Shown here piece by piece: positions 18,596 through 27,520 of a stretch of 64,000 nucleotides of DNA. Each line of letters opens with the position of its first letter. The first letter of the stretch is position 1. The translations under genes were made by a program, and so were the position numbers. This stretch comes from Synergistaceae bacterium (GTDB lineage Bacteria; Synergistota; Synergistia; Synergistales; Aminobacteriaceae): NCBI GenBank assembly GCA_017444345.1, contig JAFSWW010000080.1, positions 20,570 through 84,569 on the forward strand, written 5' to 3'. The notes beneath the pieces are model-generated. The model searched no databases, was not told the DNA's origin, and worked only from the letters and a program-made list of their open reading frames with translations.

Positions 18596-19183
18596 ATGAG
18601 ACATTGCGAAATTTTACGCGAAACACGCGAGACAAATATAAAACTTTGCTTAAATCTTGACGGCACAGGCAAGAATAATATAAAAACTGGCTGCGGATTT
18701 CTTGATCACATGTTGAATTTATTTGCTTCACATGGAAAATTTGATTTAGATATTCACTGCGATGGAGATACTTTTGTTGACTATCATCACACAGTCGAAG
18801 ATATAGGAATCGCGCTCGGTCAGGCATTTAATAAAACACTCGGCGAAAAACGCGGCATAACTCGTTACGGACATATAATTTTGCCGATGGATGAGGCATT
18901 AATTCTCACTGCTATAGATTTTTCAGGGCGGGCTTATTTGGGCTGGGACATGAATATAAACGCTCAAAAGGTGGGAGATTTTGACACTGAACTTGCGCAG
19001 GAGTTCTGGCTCGGCTTTGTGAGAAATTCTCTTAGCACTCTACATTTTAAGCAGTTATCAGGAACTAACGCACATCATATAATAGAATGCGCCTTTAAAT
19101 CAGCTGCCCGGAGTATAGCTCAGGCCGTGAAAATTAATCTTGATTATATAACTGAAATCCCCTCGACAAAGGGCGTGCTATAA
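18596..19183 (+). CDS. hisB: Imidazoleglycerol-phosphate dehydratase
   Basis: It contains RETRETNI, TGCGFLDHML, DYHHTVEDIGIALG and NAHHIIE. Confidence 0.95.
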   Translation: MRHCEILRETRETNIKLCLNLDGTGKNNIKTGCGFLDHMLNLFASHGKFDLDIHCDGDTFVDYHHTVEDIGIALGQAFNKTLGEKRGITRYGHIILPMDEALILTAIDFSGRAYLGWDMNINAQKVGDFDTELAQEFWLGFVRNSLSTLHFKQLSGTNAHHIIECAFKSAARSIAQAVKINLDYITEIPSTKGVL

Positions 19184-19186
19184 AAA

Positions 19187-19543
19187 ATGTACGGCGAAAA
19201 AATTAGCATTGACGATAAAGAAATTTTTAAAGAAGTAATTGACGCTATATTATCAGTCTTAGGAGATGACGCTCTGAAAATTATTCTTTATGGATCAGTA
19301 GCAAGAGGAGATAACACGCCGGAGTCAGATGTCGATATTGCAGTGATTACAGCAACACAGCATGATTGGCGCGATAGAGAGAAAGTAATTGATGCAGTTG
19401 ATTCGCTTAATTTGAAATATGATACTCTATTTTCTGTATTATTGATTGATTCATATAAATTTTTTGTACGTAAGTACGAAATACCTTTTTATAGAAATGT
19501 AAACAAGGAGGGAATAATACTTTGGAAGAATCACCGCGCCTAG
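19187..19543 (+). CDS. Minimal nucleotidyltransferase (MNT-type antitoxin-like)
   Basis: It has the GS-x10-DxD motif (YGSVARGDNTPESDVDIAV). It overlaps the downstream HEPN ORF by 22 nt. Confidence 0.75.
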   Translation: MYGEKISIDDKEIFKEVIDAILSVLGDDALKIILYGSVARGDNTPESDVDIAVITATQHDWRDREKVIDAVDSLNLKYDTLFSVLLIDSYKFFVRKYEIPFYRNVNKEGIILWKNHRA

Positions 19544-20442
19544 ATTATTCAAAATATCGTTTAGATCTCGCTAATGAATGTCTATCTGATTCAAAAAAAG
19601 ATTTCGAGGAAGAACGGCTTAAATCTTCATTAAATCGGTCTTATTATGCAATCTTTGACGCATTGAGAGCTGTAACTATTCTTGATAATTTTGATTCAAA
19701 AAAGCATTCGGAAATAATTTCTTATTTCAATCGCGAATATATTAGAACTGAAATATTTGATAAAGATACATATAAATTAATAGACTCTGCATTTAGATTA
19801 AGAAATTATGCAGATTATGATGATTTCTATCTTGTCAGCAAAAAAGAAGTTCAAACGCAGATAAATAGCGCGGAAAAAATTATTAACATGATTCGCCCGT
19901 ATTTAGAATCACGCTGGGCAGAAATTACAAAGGAGGAAGAAAATTTTATGAACGCAATTTTTACACGAGTCAGCACGAGACAATTTGAGTCCCGTGAAGT
20001 AGAAAGCAAGTACATCATCAAAATTTTACGTGCAGCAATGGCCGCTCCCAGTGCAATGAATCAACAGCCGTGGGAATTCTGGGTAATTACTGACAAAGAT
20101 TTAATCATGCGGCTTTCACAAGCTACACCGTATGCAAAGCCCGCAGCAAATGCCCCTGTTTTAATAGTGCCTTGCTATAATATCGCGAATTTACGAGTTC
20201 CCGAAATGGTAAATATTGACATGGCTATATCTGTTGAAAATATTTTACTTGAGGCTGAAGAACTCGGACTCGGTGCTGTAATGCTGGGTATAGCTCCGGA
20301 TGAAGAAAGAATGAAAGCTGTAGAAAAAATTTTACAGTTACCCGAAAATTTTAGAGCGTTTACTATTATTCCCGTTGGCTGGCCGGTTAATAAGCACCCT
20401 CAAGAAGATAGATATGAGCCCTCAAGAATCCACGTTATATAA
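19522..20442 (+). CDS. HEPN domain (~140 aa) fused in frame to a nitroreductase-family domain (~164 aa)
   Basis: The N-terminus is HEPN-like (SLNRSYYAIFDALRA...KKHSEIISYF...FRLRNYADYD). From the ATG at 19948 onwards it is nitroreductase-like (TRQFESREV...AAPSAMNQQPWEFWVI). There is no stop between them, but AAGGAGG sits 10 nt before the 19948 ATG. The overall start is a TTG with an upstream AAGGAGG. Confidence 0.7.
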   Translation: MEESPRLDYSKYRLDLANECLSDSKKDFEEERLKSSLNRSYYAIFDALRAVTILDNFDSKKHSEIISYFNREYIRTEIFDKDTYKLIDSAFRLRNYADYDDFYLVSKKEVQTQINSAEKIINMIRPYLESRWAEITKEEENFMNAIFTRVSTRQFESREVESKYIIKILRAAMAAPSAMNQQPWEFWVITDKDLIMRLSQATPYAKPAANAPVLIVPCYNIANLRVPEMVNIDMAISVENILLEAEELGLGAVMLGIAPDEERMKAVEKILQLPENFRAFTIIPVGWPVNKHPQEDRYEPSRIHVI

Positions 20443-21061
20443 ATTTGCTGATTTACTGAATTCATGCAAGCGGGCGAGACTCACAGGGACTCGTGGCAGT
20501 GAAGAAATTTATAACCTGCAAATTATTGACTGCTTAGAGTCTCTAAAATTTTTGCCTGAAGTAAGAAATATTATAGATGTCGGCAGCGGGGGCGGTCTTC
20601 CCGGTGTAGTCTGGGCAATAATGAGGCCTGAATCGCAAATTACTTTAATCGACAGCATAAATAAAAAATGTGAGGCCATGCAGGAAATAATTAACTCTCT
20701 TGAAATAAATAATATAAATATAATTTGTGCGAGAAGTGAAGATTTTGCAGTTAATCACCGTGAAAAATTTGATATAGCCTGCGCCCGGGCTGTTGCAAGT
20801 GCTGGAGTAACTGCGGAATTATTAGCTCCACTTGTGAAAATTTCAGGACAAATAATAACTTTCAAAGGCGAAAAAGTTCACGACGAGATCAGCGAGGTTA
20901 ATAATAAATGGCATAAACTGGGACTCTCTGAACCTGAAATAAAATTTTACGGGAATAATGACTCTAATAAATGCCTAGTTATATGGGAGAAAATTTCAAA
21001 GTGTCCTGGCATTTATCCGAGAAAAGCAGGCCAAGCAAGCATAAAAAAATTTTGGGAGTGA
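20414..21061 (+). CDS. rsmG: 16S rRNA (guanine527-N7)-methyltransferase RsmG
   Basis: It has the SAM motif IIDVGSGGGLPGV and GidB-like length. I prefer the internal Met (MSPQES) as the start. Confidence 0.85.
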   Translation: MSPQESTLYKFADLLNSCKRARLTGTRGSEEIYNLQIIDCLESLKFLPEVRNIIDVGSGGGLPGVVWAIMRPESQITLIDSINKKCEAMQEIINSLEINNINIICARSEDFAVNHREKFDIACARAVASAGVTAELLAPLVKISGQIITFKGEKVHDEISEVNNKWHKLGLSEPEIKFYGNNDSNKCLVIWEKISKCPGIYPRKAGQASIKKFWE

Positions 21062-21071
21062 GTGATTTATT

Positions 21072-21293
21072 ATGAAGCTAAAAAATTTGCGTGAGGTTAT
21101 ATTATTCGGCAAAGTCTTATCAGCGGGATTATTAATTGCGTGTTATGCATTTCTGAGTATATGGGCTTGCAACTGGCTTATAAATAATAATTATAATTTA
21201 TTGATTTCGTTATGCGTTATTCCTGTTATAACTGGATTCGGGGTCTGGCAGGCGTGGCTGTTCGTAAAAAATAGCAGGAAGAATCAAGAATAA
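21072..21293 (+). CDS. Small two-TM membrane protein, unknown function
   Basis: It has two hydrophobic spans, no family signature I recognise, and is tightly spaced after rsmG. Confidence 0.4.
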   Translation: MKLKNLREVILFGKVLSAGLLIACYAFLSIWACNWLINNNYNLLISLCVIPVITGFGVWQAWLFVKNSRKNQE

Positions 21294-21318
21294 ATAATGA
21301 CTCTCCCTGCTAAAAAAT

Positions 21319-22485
21319 TTAATATGCTAACTTGAAAATTTCTAGTACGTCTTCAGGTTCTAATTTGCTTAATACTCCGAATGACTCGCCCCGTGAAGCA
21401 TTATCGGCTAATTTCTGCACGTCATCTTCTTTTATGCCTAACTCTCTTAATGTCGTAGGAGCGTTAATATCTTTGAAGAAATCTTCTAGTGCCTCAATAG
21501 CGTCAAGTGCCTTCTCTTCGTCTGAGCCGTCATAAATATCAAATACTGCCTCGCCGAGCCTCGCAAATGGTACGGGGTTATCTTCGTATAAATATCTAGC
21601 CCACGCAGGCATAATAATTGACAGTGACGCACCGTGAGCAGCCCCGAATAATAAGCTGATAGAGTGTCCCATACGATGTGAGGAAAAATCCCCGCGCGCA
21701 GTCCTTCCCATTGAGAGAAATCCGCAATGCGCCATAGCACCCGCCAAAGCATATTCACAGCGTAAATCATAATTTTTCGGATCTTCTATTAAATCAGGAA
21801 TGACTCGTATCATCGTACGAATCAAAGAATAGCCGAGTTCGTCAATTAATTCGCTGTTCTCGTCGCCGTCTAAGACTCTTTCAAGAATATGAGCTATAAT
21901 ATCAACTCCGCCGTAAACTGTCTGTTTTTCCGGTAAAGTAACTTGAAACGAGGGATCAATCACTGAAATTTTAGGATAAATTACAGGGCTGTTAATTGAA
22001 ATCTTCAGACCTTTTTCAGGATTGCTGACGACTGCGATATTATTTACTTCACTCGATGATGCCGACGCGGTTAATACGCCGTAAATAGGGAGTGCCTTAG
22101 AAATTTTTGATTTATCCTCGAATAAGTCCCATACGTCGCCGTCATAGCATGACCCCGCAGCAATTGACTTTGAAGTGTCGAAAACTGAACCGCCGCCCAC
22201 TGGGAGAATCGCGTCAATTCCCCCTGCTTTTACGCGTGAAATTCCCTCGCGGACTTTGTCGATTCTGGGATTAGACTTAACATCGTTGACTTCAGAAAAA
22301 TTTATTCCGGCCTTGTTTAACATTTCAGTAACTTGTGAATAAGCACCGCTCTTAAATGTACCCTTACCGCCGAACACAAGCAAAACGCCTTTAATATTAT
22401 CAGCTTTGAGTCTGGGTGCTAAATCTTTGACTGTATCTTTACCGAATATTAATTCAGTCGGATTGTGCCACGTAAAATTCTGCAT
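21319..22485 (-). CDS. Iron-containing (group III) alcohol dehydrogenase
   Basis: It has the GGGSVFDTSK glycine motif and His-rich metal site regions (GVDIIAHILE, HRMGHSISLL). Confidence 0.85.
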   Translation of the reverse strand: MQNFTWHNPTELIFGKDTVKDLAPRLKADNIKGVLLVFGGKGTFKSGAYSQVTEMLNKAGINFSEVNDVKSNPRIDKVREGISRVKAGGIDAILPVGGGSVFDTSKSIAAGSCYDGDVWDLFEDKSKISKALPIYGVLTASASSSEVNNIAVVSNPEKGLKISINSPVIYPKISVIDPSFQVTLPEKQTVYGGVDIIAHILERVLDGDENSELIDELGYSLIRTMIRVIPDLIEDPKNYDLRCEYALAGAMAHCGFLSMGRTARGDFSSHRMGHSISLLFGAAHGASLSIIMPAWARYLYEDNPVPFARLGEAVFDIYDGSDEEKALDAIEALEDFFKDINAPTTLRELGIKEDDVQKLADNASRGESFGVLSKLEPEDVLEIFKLAY

Positions 22486-22497
22486 TAATTCTCACAC

Positions 22498-23901
22498 CTA
22501 AAAATTAAAATATTTCTTCGCGTTCTCGTAGCTTATATTGTGTACGATCTCGTGTAAAGTCTCTCTATCATCAGGGAAGAAGCCGGACTCAACCCATTCG
22601 CCGATAATCCTGCATAAAATTCTCCTGAAATATTCATGTCGCGGATAACTCAAGAAACTGCGCGAGTCCGTCAACATTCCGATAAAGCCGGGCAAATATC
22701 CCAGACTTGCAAGAGTCCTTAAATGCCGAGTCATTCCCATGTAGTGATCTTCAAACCACCATGCTGAACCGTGCTGAATCTTTGAGACACCTTCAATTAA
22801 TGCGCCCTGAAAACATCCCGCAATTGTATCAATCGAAGCGTTATCATTACCGTCCAAGCTGTAAAGAATAGTCTTCGGGAGCTCGTCATTTTTCTCAAGT
22901 TCGCCGAGAAATGCCGCAGTCGTCATACTTGAAGCAGTGTTATTTACGCAGTCGAATCCGGTATCAGGTCCGAGCTTATCGAACATAGGGGCGTGATTGT
23001 CGCGTCTGCAACCGTAATGAAGCTGCATAACCCAGCCGCGTTTGTGATATTCACGGGCAACGAAAAGCAAAAATGCCGTCTTGAATTTATCTATTGCTAA
23101 ATGATCAATATTTTCACCGTTGAGACGAGCAGCAAAAATAGACTCGATTTCTTTATCGCTGGCCATTGCATATGGTATATAGTCGGGGCCGTGATCGCTA
23201 AGTTTACAGCCTTGAGTCGCGAAAAAGTCCATGCGTTTAGTGAGTGCCGCTTTCAAATCAGCAAATGATTTGATTTCCATCTCGGCAGCCTCACCGAGTT
23301 TCTCAAGATATTTCTGCCATGCTTTGCGCTCTATGTTCATAGCTTTATCGGGTCTCCATGCAGGAAGGACTCGGGTCTTGAAAGTTTTATCAGCTGCGAT
23401 TTTTGCGTGCCAGTTCAGCGAGTCAACAGGGTCATCAGTCGTGCAAATGATTTCTACGTTGCTCTTATTGATTAAATCACGAACGCCGAAATCTTCCTGA
23501 TGTAATTTTTCGTTGCAGAGATTCCAAACTTCTTCGGCCGTCTTTTCGTTCAAAGTCCCGCGATAACCGAAATATTTGCGTAATTCCAAGTGACTCCAGT
23601 GATATAACGGGTTGCCGATTCCTTTGCCGATAACGCCCGCCCATTTCATGAATTTTGCGTGTGCATCAGCTCCGCCGGTTATGAACTCTTCAGGGACTCC
23701 AGCACAGCGCATTAAACGCCATTTGTAGTGATCCCCGCCGAGCCATACTTGAGTGATACTCTCATAGTGCAAATTCTCGTAAATTTCTTTCGGGCTGATG
23801 TGGCAGTGATAATCAATGATCGGGCATTTTGCTGCCGTCTCGTGATAGAGTGCCTTTGCTGTTTCCGGGTTGAGCAAAAAATCTTTGTCCATGAATGACA
23901 T
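22498..23901 (-). CDS. uxaC: Glucuronate isomerase
   Basis: It contains FLLNPETAKALYHE, PIIDYHCHISP and WRLMR, at the typical length of about 467 aa. Confidence 0.9.
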   Translation of the reverse strand: MSFMDKDFLLNPETAKALYHETAAKCPIIDYHCHISPKEIYENLHYESITQVWLGGDHYKWRLMRCAGVPEEFITGGADAHAKFMKWAGVIGKGIGNPLYHWSHLELRKYFGYRGTLNEKTAEEVWNLCNEKLHQEDFGVRDLINKSNVEIICTTDDPVDSLNWHAKIAADKTFKTRVLPAWRPDKAMNIERKAWQKYLEKLGEAAEMEIKSFADLKAALTKRMDFFATQGCKLSDHGPDYIPYAMASDKEIESIFAARLNGENIDHLAIDKFKTAFLLFVAREYHKRGWVMQLHYGCRRDNHAPMFDKLGPDTGFDCVNNTASSMTTAAFLGELEKNDELPKTILYSLDGNDNASIDTIAGCFQGALIEGVSKIQHGSAWWFEDHYMGMTRHLRTLASLGYLPGFIGMLTDSRSFLSYPRHEYFRRILCRIIGEWVESGFFPDDRETLHEIVHNISYENAKKYFNF

Positions 23902-23925
23902 TTATATATTCCTCCTTAAAAATTT

Positions 23926-24189
23926 TTATTTATCCCTATAATGAGTACCGCATTGAAATATTTCTAGTATCTCATTAACTATCCTGAAAACAAGACGATT
24001 TTCTTTGTCTATATGCACGCTGTAAAAACTAGATAAATCGTTCGTTAATTGCTCAAGATGTCCCTCACATTCATAACCGTTTCTGTCTATACTTTTCAGG
24101 AGATTATTTATTTTCCTGAGAGTTTTCTTGTCTTGTCCCTGCCAGTAAATATAATCTTCCCATGCTTCATCAGACCATAATTTGCGCAT
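23926..24189 (-). CDS. YoeB/Txe-family toxin
   Basis: It contains LWSDEAWEDYIYWQGQDKK...NRLVFRI...CGTHY. This aligns by eye with E. coli YoeB, but the SRRI segment reads SVHI here. Confidence 0.75.
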   Translation of the reverse strand: MRKLWSDEAWEDYIYWQGQDKKTLRKINNLLKSIDRNGYECEGHLEQLTNDLSSFYSVHIDKENRLVFRIVNEILEIFQCGTHYRDK

Positions 24190-24452
24190 TAGTCAACCTC
24201 AATTAATTCGTGTTCTTGACCTCTGCCCGATTCTATTTGTGCTATGGACTTTCTCAAGCGTTCCATGTTTTCTTTGCTGTAAAATGGATCGTCTTCTTCG
24301 GGTGCTTCTATATAAAACGGTATGCACCTATCCCGCAATACTTTTACAGCATAGACGTTAAAGAACATAGATAGATTTAATCCCATTGACGAGACAATTT
24401 CTTCTAGTTCGTCTATGATATTATCATCAATATTAATTGTTATTTCTGCCAC
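24189..24452 (-). CDS. Antitoxin with a RelB/DinJ-like N-terminus and a YefM-like C-terminal tail
   Basis: It has an RHH-like N-terminus (ITINIDDNIIDELEEIVSSMGLNLSMFFNVYAVKVL...IPF) and an acidic C-terminal tail. Its stop overlaps the toxin start (ATGA-type junction at 24189). Confidence 0.65.
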   Translation of the reverse strand: MAEITINIDDNIIDELEEIVSSMGLNLSMFFNVYAVKVLRDRCIPFYIEAPEEDDPFYSKENMERLRKSIAQIESGRGQEHELIEVD

Positions 24453-24482
24453 GTAAATAATACTCCTTATATATTTATAGCT

Positions 24483-25970
24483 TTATAAAGTCGCGCCAGT
24501 CTTGAATATAGCCATGCCCTGAAAATTATTTAATTCATTGCGAGTCTTCTTTCCGCTTGCTACACTCTTGACGTAATCAAATAATTCTCTAGCTTTTTCC
24601 GGCAACGTCCCGCCCTGAACTAGAGTCCCCGCGTTAAAGTCTATCCAGCTGCTTTTACGTTCGGCCAAGTCTGAATTACTAGAAATTTTCACAGTCGGCA
24701 CAGGACAGCCAAACGGAGTCCCCCTCCCAGTCGAGAATAATACAATTTGAGCACCTGACGAGGCCAAAGCAGTCGACGCAACTAAATCATTTCCGGGAGC
24801 TGATAACAAATTCAAGCCCTGAGTTATGACTTTCTCCGAATACTTTAATACATCATTGACAGGAGCAGAGCCGCTTTTTTGTGTGCAGCCCAGTGCTTTA
24901 TCTTCAAGAGTCGTGATTCCTCCTGCTTTGTTGCCGGGTGAAGGATTCTCATATACTGGCATCCCGCACGACGCATAATAATTTTTGAAGTCGTTTATCA
25001 AGCTGACAGTTTTCTTGTAAATTTCTTCATCTTTGCAGCGATTCATTAATATAGTCTCTGCTCCGAACATTTCGGGAACTTCTGTTAAAATCGTCGCGCC
25101 GCCCTGAGCAACTAACATATCAGAAAAATAACCGATTGTAGGATTTGCCGTAATTCCTGAAAGCCCATCACTGCCGCCGCATTTGAGTCCGACTATTAAT
25201 TTAGACACTGGACAAGGGACTCGCGAGTCACTCTTCATTTTCTCGATAAGTCCGCGAATTATATTCATGCCTGATTCTATTTCGTCGTGAACGTCCTGAG
25301 AGATTAAGAATTTCACGCGCTCTGTGTCAAATTTGCCCATGTAAGGCTTTATCGTGTCGATTCCGGAATTCTCGCAGCCTAGACCGAGCATTAAGACTCC
25401 GCCTGCATTCGGATGAGTCGCCAAATCAGCTAAAATCTTTCTTGTATTCTCCTGATCGTCGGCCATTTGTGAACAGCCGTAGGGATGTGTAAAAGCTCTA
25501 ACATTTTCTACACTATCACCGATAAATTTTTTTGCTTCATGCTCAAGAGTCAAAGCTATATCATTTACGCAGCCGACTGTCGGAATAATCCATAATTCAT
25601 TACGAACTCCGACCCGGCCGTCAAATCTTATATAACCGTCAAAAGTTTCGGGATTTACGCTTTCTAAATTCGGGTGAGTCGGGTGATATTCATAGTCATG
25701 AGCTCCGCTTAAAAGAGTGTGCACGTTCTCCGTATGAACATGATGACCCTTTTTTATTTCGCACTTGGCCGCCCCTATAGGGAATCCATATTTAATAATG
25801 CTTTCTCCCTCGTGAATGTCTCTAAGCGCGATTTTATGTCCCATAGGTATATCTTCGAGAACTTCAGCGTCAAAATCTGCACCTGCAACTGAAATTTTTT
25901 CACCAGTTTTTAACGCTCTTAATGCAACAGCTACTGAGTCATTTGCGTTAATTCTTATTAATTCGTTCAT
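24483..25970 (-). CDS. uxaA: Altronate dehydratase
   Basis: It has an N-terminal SAF domain (IRINANDSVAVALRAL) and a UxaA C-terminal domain (GLKCGGSDGLSGITANP), 495 aa in total. Confidence 0.9.
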   Translation of the reverse strand: MNELIRINANDSVAVALRALKTGEKISVAGADFDAEVLEDIPMGHKIALRDIHEGESIIKYGFPIGAAKCEIKKGHHVHTENVHTLLSGAHDYEYHPTHPNLESVNPETFDGYIRFDGRVGVRNELWIIPTVGCVNDIALTLEHEAKKFIGDSVENVRAFTHPYGCSQMADDQENTRKILADLATHPNAGGVLMLGLGCENSGIDTIKPYMGKFDTERVKFLISQDVHDEIESGMNIIRGLIEKMKSDSRVPCPVSKLIVGLKCGGSDGLSGITANPTIGYFSDMLVAQGGATILTEVPEMFGAETILMNRCKDEEIYKKTVSLINDFKNYYASCGMPVYENPSPGNKAGGITTLEDKALGCTQKSGSAPVNDVLKYSEKVITQGLNLLSAPGNDLVASTALASSGAQIVLFSTGRGTPFGCPVPTVKISSNSDLAERKSSWIDFNAGTLVQGGTLPEKARELFDYVKSVASGKKTRNELNNFQGMAIFKTGATL

Positions 25971-25973
25971 AGT

Positions 25974-27485
25974 TTAAGCCCTCCCGTAAAGAATGCAGGC
26001 CGCTCTGATTCTGTCAGCAAGTCCGTCCGGTATAGCGTCCTTCAACATTCGCCACGCCCAATTTCCTGAAGGAGTAGAAGGTACGTTAATTCTTGCTTCA
26101 GAGCCGAGCCTCAAATAATCCTGCATAGGTATAATTGCAATGTCTGCTACTGAACTTAATGCGATTCTTGTTACTTCAGAAGTAAAAATATAGCCGTCTA
26201 ACACATCACGGCCGATATATGACGAGAAATTTTTTATCTCGTTCTCCGTCGCGTCATTCTCGAACCATCCGCGAGAAGTGTTATTATCATGAGTCCCCGT
26301 ATATACAACGTTCATTCTTGTATGATTATGTGGCGCATATGGATTATCAGAAGGATTCCCGAACGCAAAATGTAATACAAGCATCCCCGGCACATTCATA
26401 TCCTGCCGCAGTTCTTCAACATCAGGAGTAATTATTCCCAGATTCTCCGCCCAGAACGGCATTTCAGGAAAATTAGATTTCAACACGCTAAAAAATTTCT
26501 TATATGGAACGTCTACCCACTTCCCATTTTTTGCCGTAGCTTCTCCGTATGGCACTGACCAGTAAGCAGCAAGCCCCCTAAAATGATCTATTCTGATACA
26601 GTCAAAAATTTCAAATAAATTCTTAAGCCTCCTGACCCACCAGTCAAAATTATGATTCTCTAAAGCGTCCCACTTATATGTAGGATTGCCCCATAATTGC
26701 CCGGTCTCACTGAAATAATCAGGTGGGACTCCTGCGACTGTTACAGGATTCAAATCATCGTCTAAATCAAAATATTCCGGATATAGCCAAACGTCCGCGC
26801 AATCTCGTGTTACATACAATGGAATGTCGCCGATTAATTCAATTTTTAAGTCATTAAGAGTCTTGCGTAAATTCTTGGCCTGCTCGAAAAAAATAAACTG
26901 GTAGAATTCCTGCAAAATTATCTCGTTCTCATGTGAAGATTTAAATTTTTTGAGTGCGTTCGAGTCCCTATGTCTCAAATCTTCCGGCCATTCGTACCAA
27001 GCCAGCCCGTTATTTGCTGCTTTAATTACGCTGAACATCGCAAAACCTTCGAGCCAGTCCGTTTTTTGCCTGAAATCTTCAAATTTGCTGGTGTCGCCCT
27101 TAACATATTCAGAGTATGCAGCATTAAGGACTTCAATTTTGAACGCACGCGCCTGTTCATAGTCTACGTGTTCGGGAGTCTTTGTGAAATCATATTTTGC
27201 TGATAATTTGCGTAAATTTTCACGAGTGATTAAATTCTGCTCGACTAATAAATCAGGACTCACAAGTAAATAATTTCCTGCAAATGCACTTGTCGGACTA
27301 TAAGGCGAATTCCCGCAGCCCGGATCTATTGTAGTGAGCGGCAAAACCTGCCACTTTGATTGACCCGCCGAATGAAGGAATTTAGCAAATTTCACAGCTT
27401 CAGGGCCGAAATCTCCTATACCATATTGCGAGGGCAGTGCAGTTATAGGGAGTAAAATTCCCGCTGAACGTTTTTTATTGCTCAT
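25974..27485 (-). CDS. malQ: 4-alpha-glucanotransferase (amylomaltase, GH77)
   Basis: It contains GILLPITALPS..GIGDFG, IRIDHFRG, GDIPLYV, AENLG and YTGTHDN. Confidence 0.9.
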   Translation of the reverse strand: MSNKKRSAGILLPITALPSQYGIGDFGPEAVKFAKFLHSAGQSKWQVLPLTTIDPGCGNSPYSPTSAFAGNYLLVSPDLLVEQNLITRENLRKLSAKYDFTKTPEHVDYEQARAFKIEVLNAAYSEYVKGDTSKFEDFRQKTDWLEGFAMFSVIKAANNGLAWYEWPEDLRHRDSNALKKFKSSHENEIILQEFYQFIFFEQAKNLRKTLNDLKIELIGDIPLYVTRDCADVWLYPEYFDLDDDLNPVTVAGVPPDYFSETGQLWGNPTYKWDALENHNFDWWVRRLKNLFEIFDCIRIDHFRGLAAYWSVPYGEATAKNGKWVDVPYKKFFSVLKSNFPEMPFWAENLGIITPDVEELRQDMNVPGMLVLHFAFGNPSDNPYAPHNHTRMNVVYTGTHDNNTSRGWFENDATENEIKNFSSYIGRDVLDGYIFTSEVTRIALSSVADIAIIPMQDYLRLGSEARINVPSTPSGNWAWRMLKDAIPDGLADRIRAACILYGRA

Positions 27486-27520
27486 AAATAATTAACACCT
27501 TTCATTATATAAATACTCGT

